From contig JAUYDD010000011.1 in assembly GCA_030704765.1 (NCBI GenBank), forward strand, positions 1 through 35,265: DNA of 35,265 nt. Reading direction: 5' to 3'. This DNA is from Nanobdellota archaeon. GTDB taxonomy: Archaea > Nanobdellota > Nanobdellia > Pacearchaeales > GW2011-AR1. The position numbers and the translations under genes were made by a program. Each line of letters starts with the position of its first letter. Position 1 is the stretch's first letter. The notes under the pieces were generated by a model that saw nothing but the letters and a program-made list of their open reading frames with translations, ran no database searches and had not been told where the DNA came from. Of the stretch, positions 17,612 through 26,806 are shown piece after piece.

Positions 17612-18415
17612 TTATTCTAATTTTCTTGGATTTGCCATCCCATTATACATTCTAGTATCTATGCCCTCTAAAATTGTTTCAATCTCCTGAGAGCTTAAAG
17701 CATGATATTGGGCTTTGAATTTCTGATTTACACAATCTTCTATTGTTTTATGATTTTCTATATCAAAAACAAAATTAAATAATTCAATCGGTTCTTGAGG
17801 TTCATCCAAATAATTTTTAAATACAATAGAACAATCTATTCCAAAAAACCTCTTATTATTCTTTTTCATTATTTCAATTAATTGATCAAATGTTAGAGAT
17901 CTGCCATTAGTTCCTAAGATGAATTTGCCTTCTTCATAATAAAAAAAATTAAATTTAGGTTTGAATTCTAGTGAAATTATTTCTTTGGATCTAAGTACTA
18001 TCCTATTCTTATCAGTATTCCAATTAACAAATCCATTATCAATTATTTTTTTCTTTTTTCCATCAAAATCATCTATTAATTGGGAAGGATCAAAACTAAA
18101 TGAAATAAAATCTTGTTTGCCATGTTTTTCAACATGAGGAACCGCAAGAGTAAATCTAGTTTCAAGACCTATTTGAAAAATTGATTGCTCACCAATATTT
18201 TCTAAGTCCAATTTTATATGATTTTTCTCAACTTTATATCTAATTAACTTCAAAAGTAGTGGTTTATCATGTTTTAGTCTTCTAGTTTGTTCTTTCAATA
18301 GTTTTAATTGCTCTTTACTCTGCCTTACAGTTTTATAGGTGACTCCTGCAAGAATTAATGTTCCAATTGCAGTTGCAATTTGTGATCCTATTAAAAGATT
18401 ATTTTCTAGAGTCAT
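17612..18415 (-). CDS. Hypothetical protein (267 aa) with an N-terminal TM anchor, last gene of the hsdM operon
   Basis: N-terminal helix IGSQIATAIGTLILAGVTY. ATGA start/stop overlap with the upstream gene. No recognisable catalytic motif. Confidence 0.55.
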   Translation of the reverse strand: MTLENNLLIGSQIATAIGTLILAGVTYKTVRQSKEQLKLLKEQTRRLKHDKPLLLKLIRYKVEKNHIKLDLENIGEQSIFQIGLETRFTLAVPHVEKHGKQDFISFSFDPSQLIDDFDGKKKKIIDNGFVNWNTDKNRIVLRSKEIISLEFKPKFNFFYYEEGKFILGTNGRSLTFDQLIEIMKKNNKRFFGIDCSIVFKNYLDEPQEPIELFNFVFDIENHKTIEDCVNQKFKAQYHALSSQEIETILEGIDTRMYNGMANPRKLE

Positions 18416-18981
18416 TTTAATAAGCTAAAAAACAATGGAACATATTTTAAAGCAATTCCTCCAACTTTTTTTATTAACTCTAGAGCATTTTCTCCACCTT
18501 CTTTTAAGGTATTAAATTTTTCAAGAATATCTAATAATTTCTTTTTTTTAGGTTCATCTAAATCTTCATCCTCTTCGATTAATTTTTTAAGAACATTAAT
18601 TTGGGAATTATCTATAATTTGGGATACCTGAGAATTGTCTCCAGTCTGGGCTACTTGAACTTGGGAACTATTTGTGACATTAGTTTGATTATGGATAGTT
18701 TGAGTAGCCTTTTCAGTCTCATCAAAATATTCTCTTTTACCTAAAACAACTTCCATACCCTTATGAGATAGTTTTATCTCGTCATCAGAAATATGATGTT
18801 CATTAATAAATAAGGCACTCTTCCAAAGGATATAATCCTTTTTTACTAAATATTTTAATAGTTCTCGCAAGGTTTCCCCTTTTATTAAGGAGTCTTTTTC
18901 TAACCCTTTAAAATCAATTTCTCTGATTTCATTTAAATTAGTTAATATGACTTTCCCATAATCTAAACTTTCTGCTTTCAT
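18412..18981 (-). CDS. Hypothetical protein (189 aa): YjcQ-like wHTH N-terminus, Gln/Asn/Ser-rich linker, C-terminal hydrophobic tail
   Basis: ATGA overlaps with hsdS upstream and with the 267-aa gene downstream. The N-terminal ~80 aa resemble small phage YjcQ-type wHTH proteins (from memory). The protein ends in IALKYVPLFFSLL. Confidence 0.5.
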   Translation of the reverse strand: MKAESLDYGKVILTNLNEIREIDFKGLEKDSLIKGETLRELLKYLVKKDYILWKSALFINEHHISDDEIKLSHKGMEVVLGKREYFDETEKATQTIHNQTNVTNSSQVQVAQTGDNSQVSQIIDNSQINVLKKLIEEDEDLDEPKKKKLLDILEKFNTLKEGGENALELIKKVGGIALKYVPLFFSLLK

Positions 18982-20312
18982 TTTTCAAAACTCTCCTTCA
19001 AAACAGCTACCATTAACTTCTCACTATTTCTTTGATTGTCTTTGACTTGCTTTTCCAGCTCATTACAATAACCCATTAACTTATCTACTTTTTCAACAAT
19101 TCTTTTTTGTTCGTCGATTGAAGGAAGAGGAAACTCTAAATCTATTAAATCTCCCATTTTTAAATTTGGTTGTAATCCTGCCTTACCAAATCGTGATTTA
19201 AACTTATTCAAAACATAATTAGTCCTTAAAAAGAGATATAAATAATTAAAGTCAATTTTTTCTGTTTTTTTTATACTTGCAACTCTTTGGTTTAGCAAAG
19301 ATAAATCATAACTTTCAGGGCAGATACATACTTTTAATCCTGCTGAAATATATGGACGAGTCAAAGAAATTATTATATCTCCCTTGTTTACTTTAAAATC
19401 CTCATATTTTTTTAAAAAACTTTCTGGCAAATAGTCCTCAGTCTCAATAAATTCTCCAACACCAACATTTGTTATTTTTATTGCCTTTACTCCTTTTTGA
19501 TCGTTGAAATCATAACTATCAAAACTGTTCCCTGCAAAGACTTTTACAAGCTCTCCAAGTCTCACCCATTCCCAACCCTTCGGCAAGTCATAAGGAATCT
19601 CGTCTTCGGAAATAGGTTTAAGAGGTTTTTCTTTTCTTATTTTACCTTCTTTAACGAGTTTATCTTTTCCTGCTTTAATCTTCTTTAATAATTCAGATGC
19701 AGGTTCGTCTTTCGGATCTTGCTTGACTAATTTTCCTTGAACAGCTTCCAGTAGAATTTGCTGTTTTAATTTAACAATATAATTTTTGTTTTTATTATTA
19801 ATAATATCTAATTCTGAAATATTATCTGAATTAGATTTTAGCAACTTGACAATTTCTTCTTGTTCTTTAGGTGATGGAAGAAAAATTTCTATTTCTAATA
19901 ACTGTCTTTCATGAATTGCTTTTTGTGCTGTTCCTAAAGGAACTAATTTATCTACTTCTTTTTTAAACTGTGGACTTTTTAGATAATAAATTAAATATTC
20001 TGGATTAATATTAACAATATCAAACATAGGCATATTTTCAGTAACTAAACAACCATCTACTTCTTTTGGGCATATACCTATTCCGCCATTAAAAACTCCT
20101 TGTCTAATAAAAATTAAAGTGTTTGGGTGATTTTTTAAGTCTATAATAAATTGTCTCTTTCTCCCTATCTGAGAACCATGTTTTGTTCCCCTATATGAAA
20201 CTTCACCAGTTTGTGAAATTGTTACTTGTTTGTAATTTTTATCTTCTACCCAATGAGTATTTCTATATTGATTTAGTACTTCTTTTAGTTTAACTTTTTT
20301 CCATTCAGCCAT
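18978..20312 (-). CDS. hsdS: Type I R-M specificity subunit
   Basis: Two target-recognition halves, each followed by the conserved LPS..EQ..IV motif (FLPSPKEQEEIV and PLPSIDEQKRIV), with a central coiled-coil spacer. Confidence 0.85.
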   Translation of the reverse strand: MAEWKKVKLKEVLNQYRNTHWVEDKNYKQVTISQTGEVSYRGTKHGSQIGRKRQFIIDLKNHPNTLIFIRQGVFNGGIGICPKEVDGCLVTENMPMFDIVNINPEYLIYYLKSPQFKKEVDKLVPLGTAQKAIHERQLLEIEIFLPSPKEQEEIVKLLKSNSDNISELDIINNKNKNYIVKLKQQILLEAVQGKLVKQDPKDEPASELLKKIKAGKDKLVKEGKIRKEKPLKPISEDEIPYDLPKGWEWVRLGELVKVFAGNSFDSYDFNDQKGVKAIKITNVGVGEFIETEDYLPESFLKKYEDFKVNKGDIIISLTRPYISAGLKVCICPESYDLSLLNQRVASIKKTEKIDFNYLYLFLRTNYVLNKFKSRFGKAGLQPNLKMGDLIDLEFPLPSIDEQKRIVEKVDKLMGYCNELEKQVKDNQRNSEKLMVAVLKESFEK

Positions 20313-21303
20313 TTTTAATCCTCTCTAAACGTTTTTCATGAGTCATCTTTTTAAAAGATGTTCTATTTTTTTGTAAATATTGAGGATCTTCCTTTATTTT
20401 TTTTACAATCAAATTTATTAGTTCATTAGAATAAGTATTTGAGCCTGTTGTTTTGAAGCAATAATGATATTTGCTATTACCTCTGATTTTTTCTTTATAC
20501 AGTATCGCTTGAAAATCATATTGATTAAAAATAATGTTCTTGTCGATTTGTTCTCTTGTTCTATTGATGCAATCTCCGCCTAAATAAGGATGGGTGCTAG
20601 CTGGATCTTTTGGAACTTCGATGAATATTCCTCTTGTTGTTCCCTCTTGTCCTGAAGATAAAACTATATCTGCATCTTTTGGATTCTTGACTAAAGCAAC
20701 TTTATACTCGATTGAAATGCTATACTTTTTATCTTTTAAATTTGCTGAATTATCAATAATTTCCTTTTGTTTTTGTAAAAAGAAATTTATTATTTCTTTG
20801 TTGTACTTCTTTTTTAAAATAGTTGTATTAATATCTCCTAGGTCAAAAATTAAACTTAACATTGCGGGAGAAGTCTTTTTTATAATATCTATATCAAACC
20901 ACTCCTTGAGTAGGTTAACATAATTTAAAACTCCTGCCTGAAAAAGTCCTGTGTAAATAATATCTAGTTCTTCAATAATTAAATGAGTTGCACTGTCTCT
21001 CAATTTTTCAATATCTTCTATATTCTTTCTTATAGGATCATTTTCATTTATGAATATTTTTCCAATAGAATCACGCAAACTTAAAGATCTTCTCTGGATT
21101 CCCCTACTTTTTTTGTAAAATATTGAAGAGGTATTTTTTTTATTTTCAATAATTTTAGCTTTCAGTAATAGTTCCCAAGCATTTGTAAAGAAAAAACAGA
21201 ATGATTCTATTCTATATTTTATTGTAGGTTTATTGTATATTTCTAAACTTAGTAAAAAGGCATCTTGACTTTTTATTAAAAGCCTCTTCGTTAGCTTTTT
21301 CAT
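20305..21303 (-). CDS. Hypothetical protein inserted between hsdM and hsdS (DUF3644-like, from memory)
   Basis: N-terminus SQDAFLLSLEIYNKPTIKYRIESFCFFFTNAWELLLKAKII. ATG 21303 lies 2 nt after the hsdM TGA and is preceded by GGGGAGTGGTGA. Its own stop overlaps the hsdS ATG (ATGGCTGA). Confidence 0.6.
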   Translation of the reverse strand: MKKLTKRLLIKSQDAFLLSLEIYNKPTIKYRIESFCFFFTNAWELLLKAKIIENKKNTSSIFYKKSRGIQRRSLSLRDSIGKIFINENDPIRKNIEDIEKLRDSATHLIIEELDIIYTGLFQAGVLNYVNLLKEWFDIDIIKKTSPAMLSLIFDLGDINTTILKKKYNKEIINFFLQKQKEIIDNSANLKDKKYSISIEYKVALVKNPKDADIVLSSGQEGTTRGIFIEVPKDPASTHPYLGGDCINRTREQIDKNIIFNQYDFQAILYKEKIRGNSKYHYCFKTTGSNTYSNELINLIVKKIKEDPQYLQKNRTSFKKMTHEKRLERIKNG

Positions 21304-21305
21304 CT

Positions 21306-22739
21306 TCACCACTCCCCTTTAATCTCTTTCAAAATATCACTTGTCCTCTTAATATTGACTTCAATCTTGCCTATAATTTCTTCCTTAGATAACTCCTTTT
21401 CTTCTTCGGGTTTAGTTGGATTATTTATATCTAGATTATAATTTTTCTTTTGAATGTCAGCTAAAGAAACCTTCCAACAATACTGCTTAAACTTAGGATC
21501 TTCTCTGTTATTCCACCACTCTTTCTCTAATTGGAACTCCTCGTGCCTTACTGGTTTTGTTTTGTTGTATATTTTATAACCTTCTGGCAATGGATGTTCA
21601 AAATACCAGACATCTTTAGTTCCTTTAGAGTTTTTTTCAAAAAATAAAAGATTTGTTCTTATTCCAGTATAGGGACTAAATACACCATTAGGCAATCTTA
21701 CAATAGTATGCAAATTAAACTCTGTTAGAAGTTTTTCTTTTATTCTTGTTTTGATACCTTCTCCAAATAAAAATCCGTCGGGTAAAACTAAGCCACACTT
21801 TCCTCCATCTCTTAAAAGTTTTGTAATTAAAACTAAAAACAGATCTGCTGTTTCTCTTGTTCTAAATTCTGCTGGAAAATTATTTTCTATGCCATCTTCT
21901 TCTGCTCCACCAAAAGGAGGATTAGTTACAACCACATTAACCTTATCTTTATCAGTGTAATCAATTAATGGCCGAGATAGTGAATTATCTCTCTTAATAC
22001 TAGGAACTTCTATATCATGCAGAATAAGATTAGTCATACAAAGAAGATGTGGAAGAGGCTTCTTTTCAATTCCCCTTAATGTTTTTTCTAACACCTTTTG
22101 ATCTTCAGTTGTCTTAACATTCTTTTTTAAGTGGTTTAATGTAGAAATTAAAAACCCTCCAGTTCCGCATGCAGGATCTAAAACAATATCTCCGAGCTTT
22201 GGATTAACCATATCAACTATAAACTGAGTTACAGGACGAGGAGTATAGAATTCACCAGCACTACCTGCATTCTGCAATTCTTTTAAAATTGTTTCATAAA
22301 TGTCATTAAATTGATGTCTGTCTTCAGCAGTTGTAAAATCAAGCTCATTTATCTTATTAACTACCTGTCTTACTAAGATACCATTTTTCATATAGTTGTA
22401 TGCGTCTTCAAAAACTTGTTTTATAATATAACCCCTCTGATCACTTTTCTCATCCAGTTTTAAACTTTTTAGAGTCTTAAACAAATTATTATTAACAAAA
22501 TCAAGTAGTTCTTCTCCAGTCATTCCTTCAGGATTTACTGCCCAGTTTCTCCATCTTATTTTTTCGGGCAAGGGAGACTTATATTTATCATCTTCTGCTT
22601 CTCTTTCTTCTTCCATTGCATCAAAAACTTTTAAGAATATCATCCAAACCATTTGAGAAATTCTTTGAGCATCACCATCTACACCTGCGTCTTTTCTCAT
22701 TATGTCTCTTACAGATTTTATTATATTGCTTAAGGTCAT
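21306..22739 (-). CDS. hsdM: Type I R-M N6-adenine DNA methyltransferase subunit
   Basis: Motif I VLDPACGTGGFL and motif IV VVTNPPFGG, plus an HsdM N-terminal-type helix bundle. I prefer ATG 22739 (GAGGA lies 6 nt upstream) over the TTG at 22751 used by the track. Confidence 0.9.
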   Translation of the reverse strand: MTLSNIIKSVRDIMRKDAGVDGDAQRISQMVWMIFLKVFDAMEEEREAEDDKYKSPLPEKIRWRNWAVNPEGMTGEELLDFVNNNLFKTLKSLKLDEKSDQRGYIIKQVFEDAYNYMKNGILVRQVVNKINELDFTTAEDRHQFNDIYETILKELQNAGSAGEFYTPRPVTQFIVDMVNPKLGDIVLDPACGTGGFLISTLNHLKKNVKTTEDQKVLEKTLRGIEKKPLPHLLCMTNLILHDIEVPSIKRDNSLSRPLIDYTDKDKVNVVVTNPPFGGAEEDGIENNFPAEFRTRETADLFLVLITKLLRDGGKCGLVLPDGFLFGEGIKTRIKEKLLTEFNLHTIVRLPNGVFSPYTGIRTNLLFFEKNSKGTKDVWYFEHPLPEGYKIYNKTKPVRHEEFQLEKEWWNNREDPKFKQYCWKVSLADIQKKNYNLDINNPTKPEEEKELSKEEIIGKIEVNIKRTSDILKEIKGEW

Positions 22740-22790
22740 CTTTTTCCTCAAGTTTCCTAATAAATCCTACTATAAAAAGACTGCTCTAAT

Positions 22791-22840
22791 AAAAAGTCAC
22801 TTCTATTTTACATGCTTATTATTGTTGGTGACTTTTTTTT
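22791..22840. terminator. Hairpin plus T-tracts between the VirB4-like stop and the hsdM promoter region
   Basis: AAAAAGTCAC (22791-22800) pairs with GTGACTTTTT (22829-22838). T-runs follow on both strands. A third copy of GTGACTTTTT lies at 22894-22903, at the coding end of the VirB4-like gene. Confidence 0.35.
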
Positions 22841-22889
22841 ATTTTAAGGCTATTTTATATTATATAAACTAGATAAAATAGCTAAAAAG

Positions 22890-25800
22890 CTAAGTGACTT
22901 TTTTACTGTTTTTTATAAGCTTTCTTAAAATATTGAATAGATACCTTGATTCAGTCGTTTTACCTAGCTTAGAATATTTTGAAGCAATTTTTCTATCAGT
23001 TACAACAAAAAACCAGTTATTTTCATACTCTTTATTTAATCCATTTATCTTTTCTAATAAAAGTTTCTTATGATGTGTTAATGCTATTCCTGTTTCAACT
23101 TCAATTGCATATTTTTTCTTATTTATTTCAAAAACTAAATCCGGTTTTACAGTTTGATAGATTTCAACTTTAATTTTATTCTTTTCCAAAAATCTTTTTA
23201 TATCCTGAACTAAAAAGAAATGAGGAATTCCTTCATTTGATCTTGGTCTTAAAATATATTTTTCTTTTTTGTTTGATAAAATACTTTTATGCTCTGAGAT
23301 TTTATATCCTAATTTTAACAAATAATCCCTTTCATCTTTGCTTATATTATTGTATTTGAAAAAACCAATACTAGTATCTACATTAATTGTAATATTTTTT
23401 CCATTCTTAACTATTGTAGGTTTTGATTTTTCTTTATCTTTATCTAGATTTAATTCATCAGGATTAGTTGTAATTAGCTTATGTTCTTCAGGGGATGCAA
23501 TAACTTTTATTTTACTATGATCGTCTTCCATAATTAAAAGTCCTTCTCCAACAGCAGCTGTTAAAAGATGCTGTCTTTCAGACTGGCTTAGATTAAAAGT
23601 CTTGCAGATATTATCAATTACCGCTGGCTTTTGCCTCATTAACATTGTATAGGCTGAATTTGCTAGAATTGATTTTCCTGCTTGACTTGCAAACAATCCT
23701 TCAACTTCCTGATTAATTAAAAGTAAGCCCATGTTGAATTTTCTACAAGTCTTAACTATCTCAAAGATATAACCAGCGTCTTCTGTTCTTGAAAGTAATG
23801 ACCATGATTCGTCAATCAAAAGAAGTTTTCTATCTAAATTAGACCTCATTTTCATATAAACATAATCCAAAACTAAAAACATAATTGCAGGCTTTACTTG
23901 TTTTGGCAAATTTCCAATATCAAAACAAACAAACCGATTATCAAAATCAATGTTTGTATGTTTATTCATAAAACTAAAAACTCCATCAACATACATCTCG
24001 AGTCTATTAGTTAGGCTTTGTAATGTTGGTCTTTCTATTTGTACTGCTTTCTTTTCCATAGCCCTTAGAACTTTCAGTAAATCTCCTAATATTGGGGGAG
24101 TATTGTTCCAGGTACTAGGGTCTTTATTTATGCCTTTATCTTTATAGGCTTGAGAAATTGCCTTATCAATTATAGATTTTTGAGGATCTGTTAATTTTCC
24201 TAGCATTACTTGCATTAAATCCATCAAAGCAAGTCTTTTTTCAGCATAATCATGCCCCATTAAATCAAATGGATTAATCATTGTATCAGAATCTCTTGAA
24301 AGGTCTATTCTTTGACCATTGAACTTATCAACTAAACCCCTATACTCTCCTTGTGGATCAATAACCATAACCTTTGTTCCATTAAGTAAATATCTTGTAA
24401 TAAGTAGCTTGCAAAAATAAGACTTTCCTCCTCCAGATTGTGCCAGAACAAGCCCATTTGGGTTTGGGAGCTTGAAAATGTCTTTTATTATAGGGATGTT
24501 GTTCTTATTTAGTCCCAACCAAATTCCACTATTATCAACTTGTAAAAATTGACTCGTAAATGGAAAGAAAGCTGAAAGAGCATCTGTTGTAATGTTTCTA
24601 TTAATATTTAATTCATCAACCCCCAAGGGAGCTGTAGCCTTAAATCCTTGAAGCATTCTTAATCTAGCTGTTCTTGGAAGAATCATTAGACTATTTAATT
24701 CAGATTCTATTTTTTTAGTAAGTAAATCCAGTTCTTTTATTGAATCTGCTTTGCAATTAATGTATAAGCTTACATTAAACAGCCTTTCTTCTCCTTTTTG
24801 TAAGTTTTCTAAAGTCCCTCTTGTATCTTGATATTGAATTTCTAAAGAAGGATTAAATATGCCTTTCATTTTCATAGCATAGAGATCTGCCTGTTGTTTT
24901 TGAAGTTCTCTTGTTAAATCTACAAGCATATTTTCTATAGGATAGGGTTTGATATAAATGCTTAAATCAAAATCTGCGAGAGAACTAACAATTTTATCTA
25001 AAAATCCGGGTTCAACATTTCTAGGATAACCATTTGCATAAATTGTTCTATAAAATTTCTGATTAACCTTTATTTTTCTCCCTTCTTTTGACTTTTTATC
25101 CTCTTCTAAATTATAAATTTCTAAATGATCTGAGTTATTTTCTATATTTTCAGGAGACATTGCATCCCTTATATCTTTTCCTTTGCCATCTCCTGAAAAA
25201 TGATTTATTAAAAGTTTTTTTAATTCTATTGAATTAAGCCGGTCTACTTTCATATTTAATGCATGCAATCTTTCAATACAAATTTCAGTTTGAATTTCAA
25301 TATCTCCGGATTCAGGGATAATAATATAGAAAACTCTGTTCATTATCTTTTTTGTTGAAATCACATCTTCGAGATGTTTTTTATAGCTCTCAAAAATATT
25401 CATGAAATTTTCATCTTGTATCTTTGATTTAAGAGTATCTAGATAACTATCGAGCTTTATGCTTTCGGTTTTCATTAAAATCTGAGTTGGAAAATCCAGA
25501 GAGTTAAGAAACCTTTGAAATGAAAACATAATAGCTTCTCTTTCATTCTTTGGCTTTATGCTAAAATTAATAGGCTGAATTTTTAAAACAGAAACTTTTT
25601 TATTGTTTGATAAAACTATAAGATCTTTATCTATATCTTTAACTCCTATGAATTTTTTAAGTTTATAATCTCCTTTGGATAATTTTCTATATTTTAAATA
25701 AATCCTATAATTTTTAATTAATGTGTCAAGATTTAGAAACATAAAACATATCCCTAGTCCTGAGGATAAAAACATGAGTGTAAATTTTATGTAACTATTG

Positions 25801-25925
25801 GATATATTCTTAAAAAATAATAAAGCTAAGATTCCAAATACAAATCCATAGGATAATTGTTTAAAGGTCAAACCAAACATTATTTTTTCTTTATACTCTA
25901 ATTGTTGTGGAATTTGGTAGCTCAT
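22890..25925 (-). CDS. VirB3/PrgI-like membrane domain fused to a VirB4/TrbE-type conjugation ATPase, with an extra C-terminal PD-(D/E)XK-like domain
   Basis: N-terminus LEYKEKIMFGLTFKQL plus two TM helices (PrgI/VirB3-like). Walker A LAQSGGGKSY (about 24419-24442) and Walker B LLLIDESW. The last ~155 aa contain HFFLVQDI...KPDLVFE...YAIEVETG. Confidence 0.8.
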   Translation of the reverse strand: MSYQIPQQLEYKEKIMFGLTFKQLSYGFVFGILALLFFKNISNSYIKFTLMFLSSGLGICFMFLNLDTLIKNYRIYLKYRKLSKGDYKLKKFIGVKDIDKDLIVLSNNKKVSVLKIQPINFSIKPKNEREAIMFSFQRFLNSLDFPTQILMKTESIKLDSYLDTLKSKIQDENFMNIFESYKKHLEDVISTKKIMNRVFYIIIPESGDIEIQTEICIERLHALNMKVDRLNSIELKKLLINHFSGDGKGKDIRDAMSPENIENNSDHLEIYNLEEDKKSKEGRKIKVNQKFYRTIYANGYPRNVEPGFLDKIVSSLADFDLSIYIKPYPIENMLVDLTRELQKQQADLYAMKMKGIFNPSLEIQYQDTRGTLENLQKGEERLFNVSLYINCKADSIKELDLLTKKIESELNSLMILPRTARLRMLQGFKATAPLGVDELNINRNITTDALSAFFPFTSQFLQVDNSGIWLGLNKNNIPIIKDIFKLPNPNGLVLAQSGGGKSYFCKLLITRYLLNGTKVMVIDPQGEYRGLVDKFNGQRIDLSRDSDTMINPFDLMGHDYAEKRLALMDLMQVMLGKLTDPQKSIIDKAISQAYKDKGINKDPSTWNNTPPILGDLLKVLRAMEKKAVQIERPTLQSLTNRLEMYVDGVFSFMNKHTNIDFDNRFVCFDIGNLPKQVKPAIMFLVLDYVYMKMRSNLDRKLLLIDESWSLLSRTEDAGYIFEIVKTCRKFNMGLLLINQEVEGLFASQAGKSILANSAYTMLMRQKPAVIDNICKTFNLSQSERQHLLTAAVGEGLLIMEDDHSKIKVIASPEEHKLITTNPDELNLDKDKEKSKPTIVKNGKNITINVDTSIGFFKYNNISKDERDYLLKLGYKISEHKSILSNKKEKYILRPRSNEGIPHFFLVQDIKRFLEKNKIKVEIYQTVKPDLVFEINKKKYAIEVETGIALTHHKKLLLEKINGLNKEYENNWFFVVTDRKIASKYSKLGKTTESRYLFNILRKLIKNSKKVT

Positions 25926-26806
25926 ATAAAATATTTTCCAACTGCCATGGCTATTCCTGCTGTTTTTTCTCCTGTCTTAACTGCAGATTTTAAAGCTGAA
26001 AATATAATAAAATAAAACATAAGAAAATTGACAATGCCAAAAGCAGTAATCATGACTAAAATCTTAAAGTTTTGAAATACAGGTATATCAATTAATTTTG
26101 AACATACTAATAGTATTAATGAATCAAAGAATGTTATGAAAATGCAAGTTCCAAGAAAATTAAGAATAAGTTTCCCATAATTATTAATAGGGGGTATGAA
26201 ATAAAGAAATATTCCTATTGGAAGAAAAACAACTCCTCCTGCAACTATAATATATCTAAATGTAAGCATTATTACAGTTAGGATTAAAGTTATAACATAG
26301 AGAAAAGCAAAAAAGAACTGCAAGCCTATGTTTACAATATTATCTGCTGTAATTAAAAAGAATTTTTGATCAACTAAACTAATAACTCCTGCAGTCAATA
26401 AACTATTAACATCAATGACCGCTGAATAAATAAAGTATGAAGCCTGAACTAAAACAATCATAACAAAAATGTTTCTGAACCACTCTTTTGCTTTTGTTCT
26501 TTTTGCAGCATCATAACCTGAAATCATAAAGTTAAATCCTGAATATAACATTAAGAGTCCATAAAATATAGAAAGAACATAAAGAATAATTGCCCAGAGT
26601 GAAACAAACATCTCTAGTTTTATTGGCTCGGTCATTAGAGCCTTTGTTAATGTAAGTAATGGTTGGATGGGTGAGTTAAGAATATTTATGAAAAAATCAT
26701 ATAACTTTTGAGGAAGGCAAGCTGACAGATTTAAAAGACCACATTCTTCTTCTGCACTTACTAATGGAATTAAAAATAAAGGTAATCCAAACAAAGCTTT
26801 CTTCAT
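25922..26806 (-). CDS. Polytopic membrane protein, VirB6/TrbL-like by position and topology
   Basis: Signal-like N-terminus MKKALFGLPLFLIPLVSA followed by at least six hydrophobic helices. ATG 26806 is preceded by GGAGG and forms an ATGA overlap with the upstream gene. Its stop overlaps the VirB4-like start. Confidence 0.55.
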   Translation of the reverse strand: MKKALFGLPLFLIPLVSAEEECGLLNLSACLPQKLYDFFINILNSPIQPLLTLTKALMTEPIKLEMFVSLWAIILYVLSIFYGLLMLYSGFNFMISGYDAAKRTKAKEWFRNIFVMIVLVQASYFIYSAVIDVNSLLTAGVISLVDQKFFLITADNIVNIGLQFFFAFLYVITLILTVIMLTFRYIIVAGGVVFLPIGIFLYFIPPINNYGKLILNFLGTCIFITFFDSLILLVCSKLIDIPVFQNFKILVMITAFGIVNFLMFYFIIFSALKSAVKTGEKTAGIAMAVGKYFI

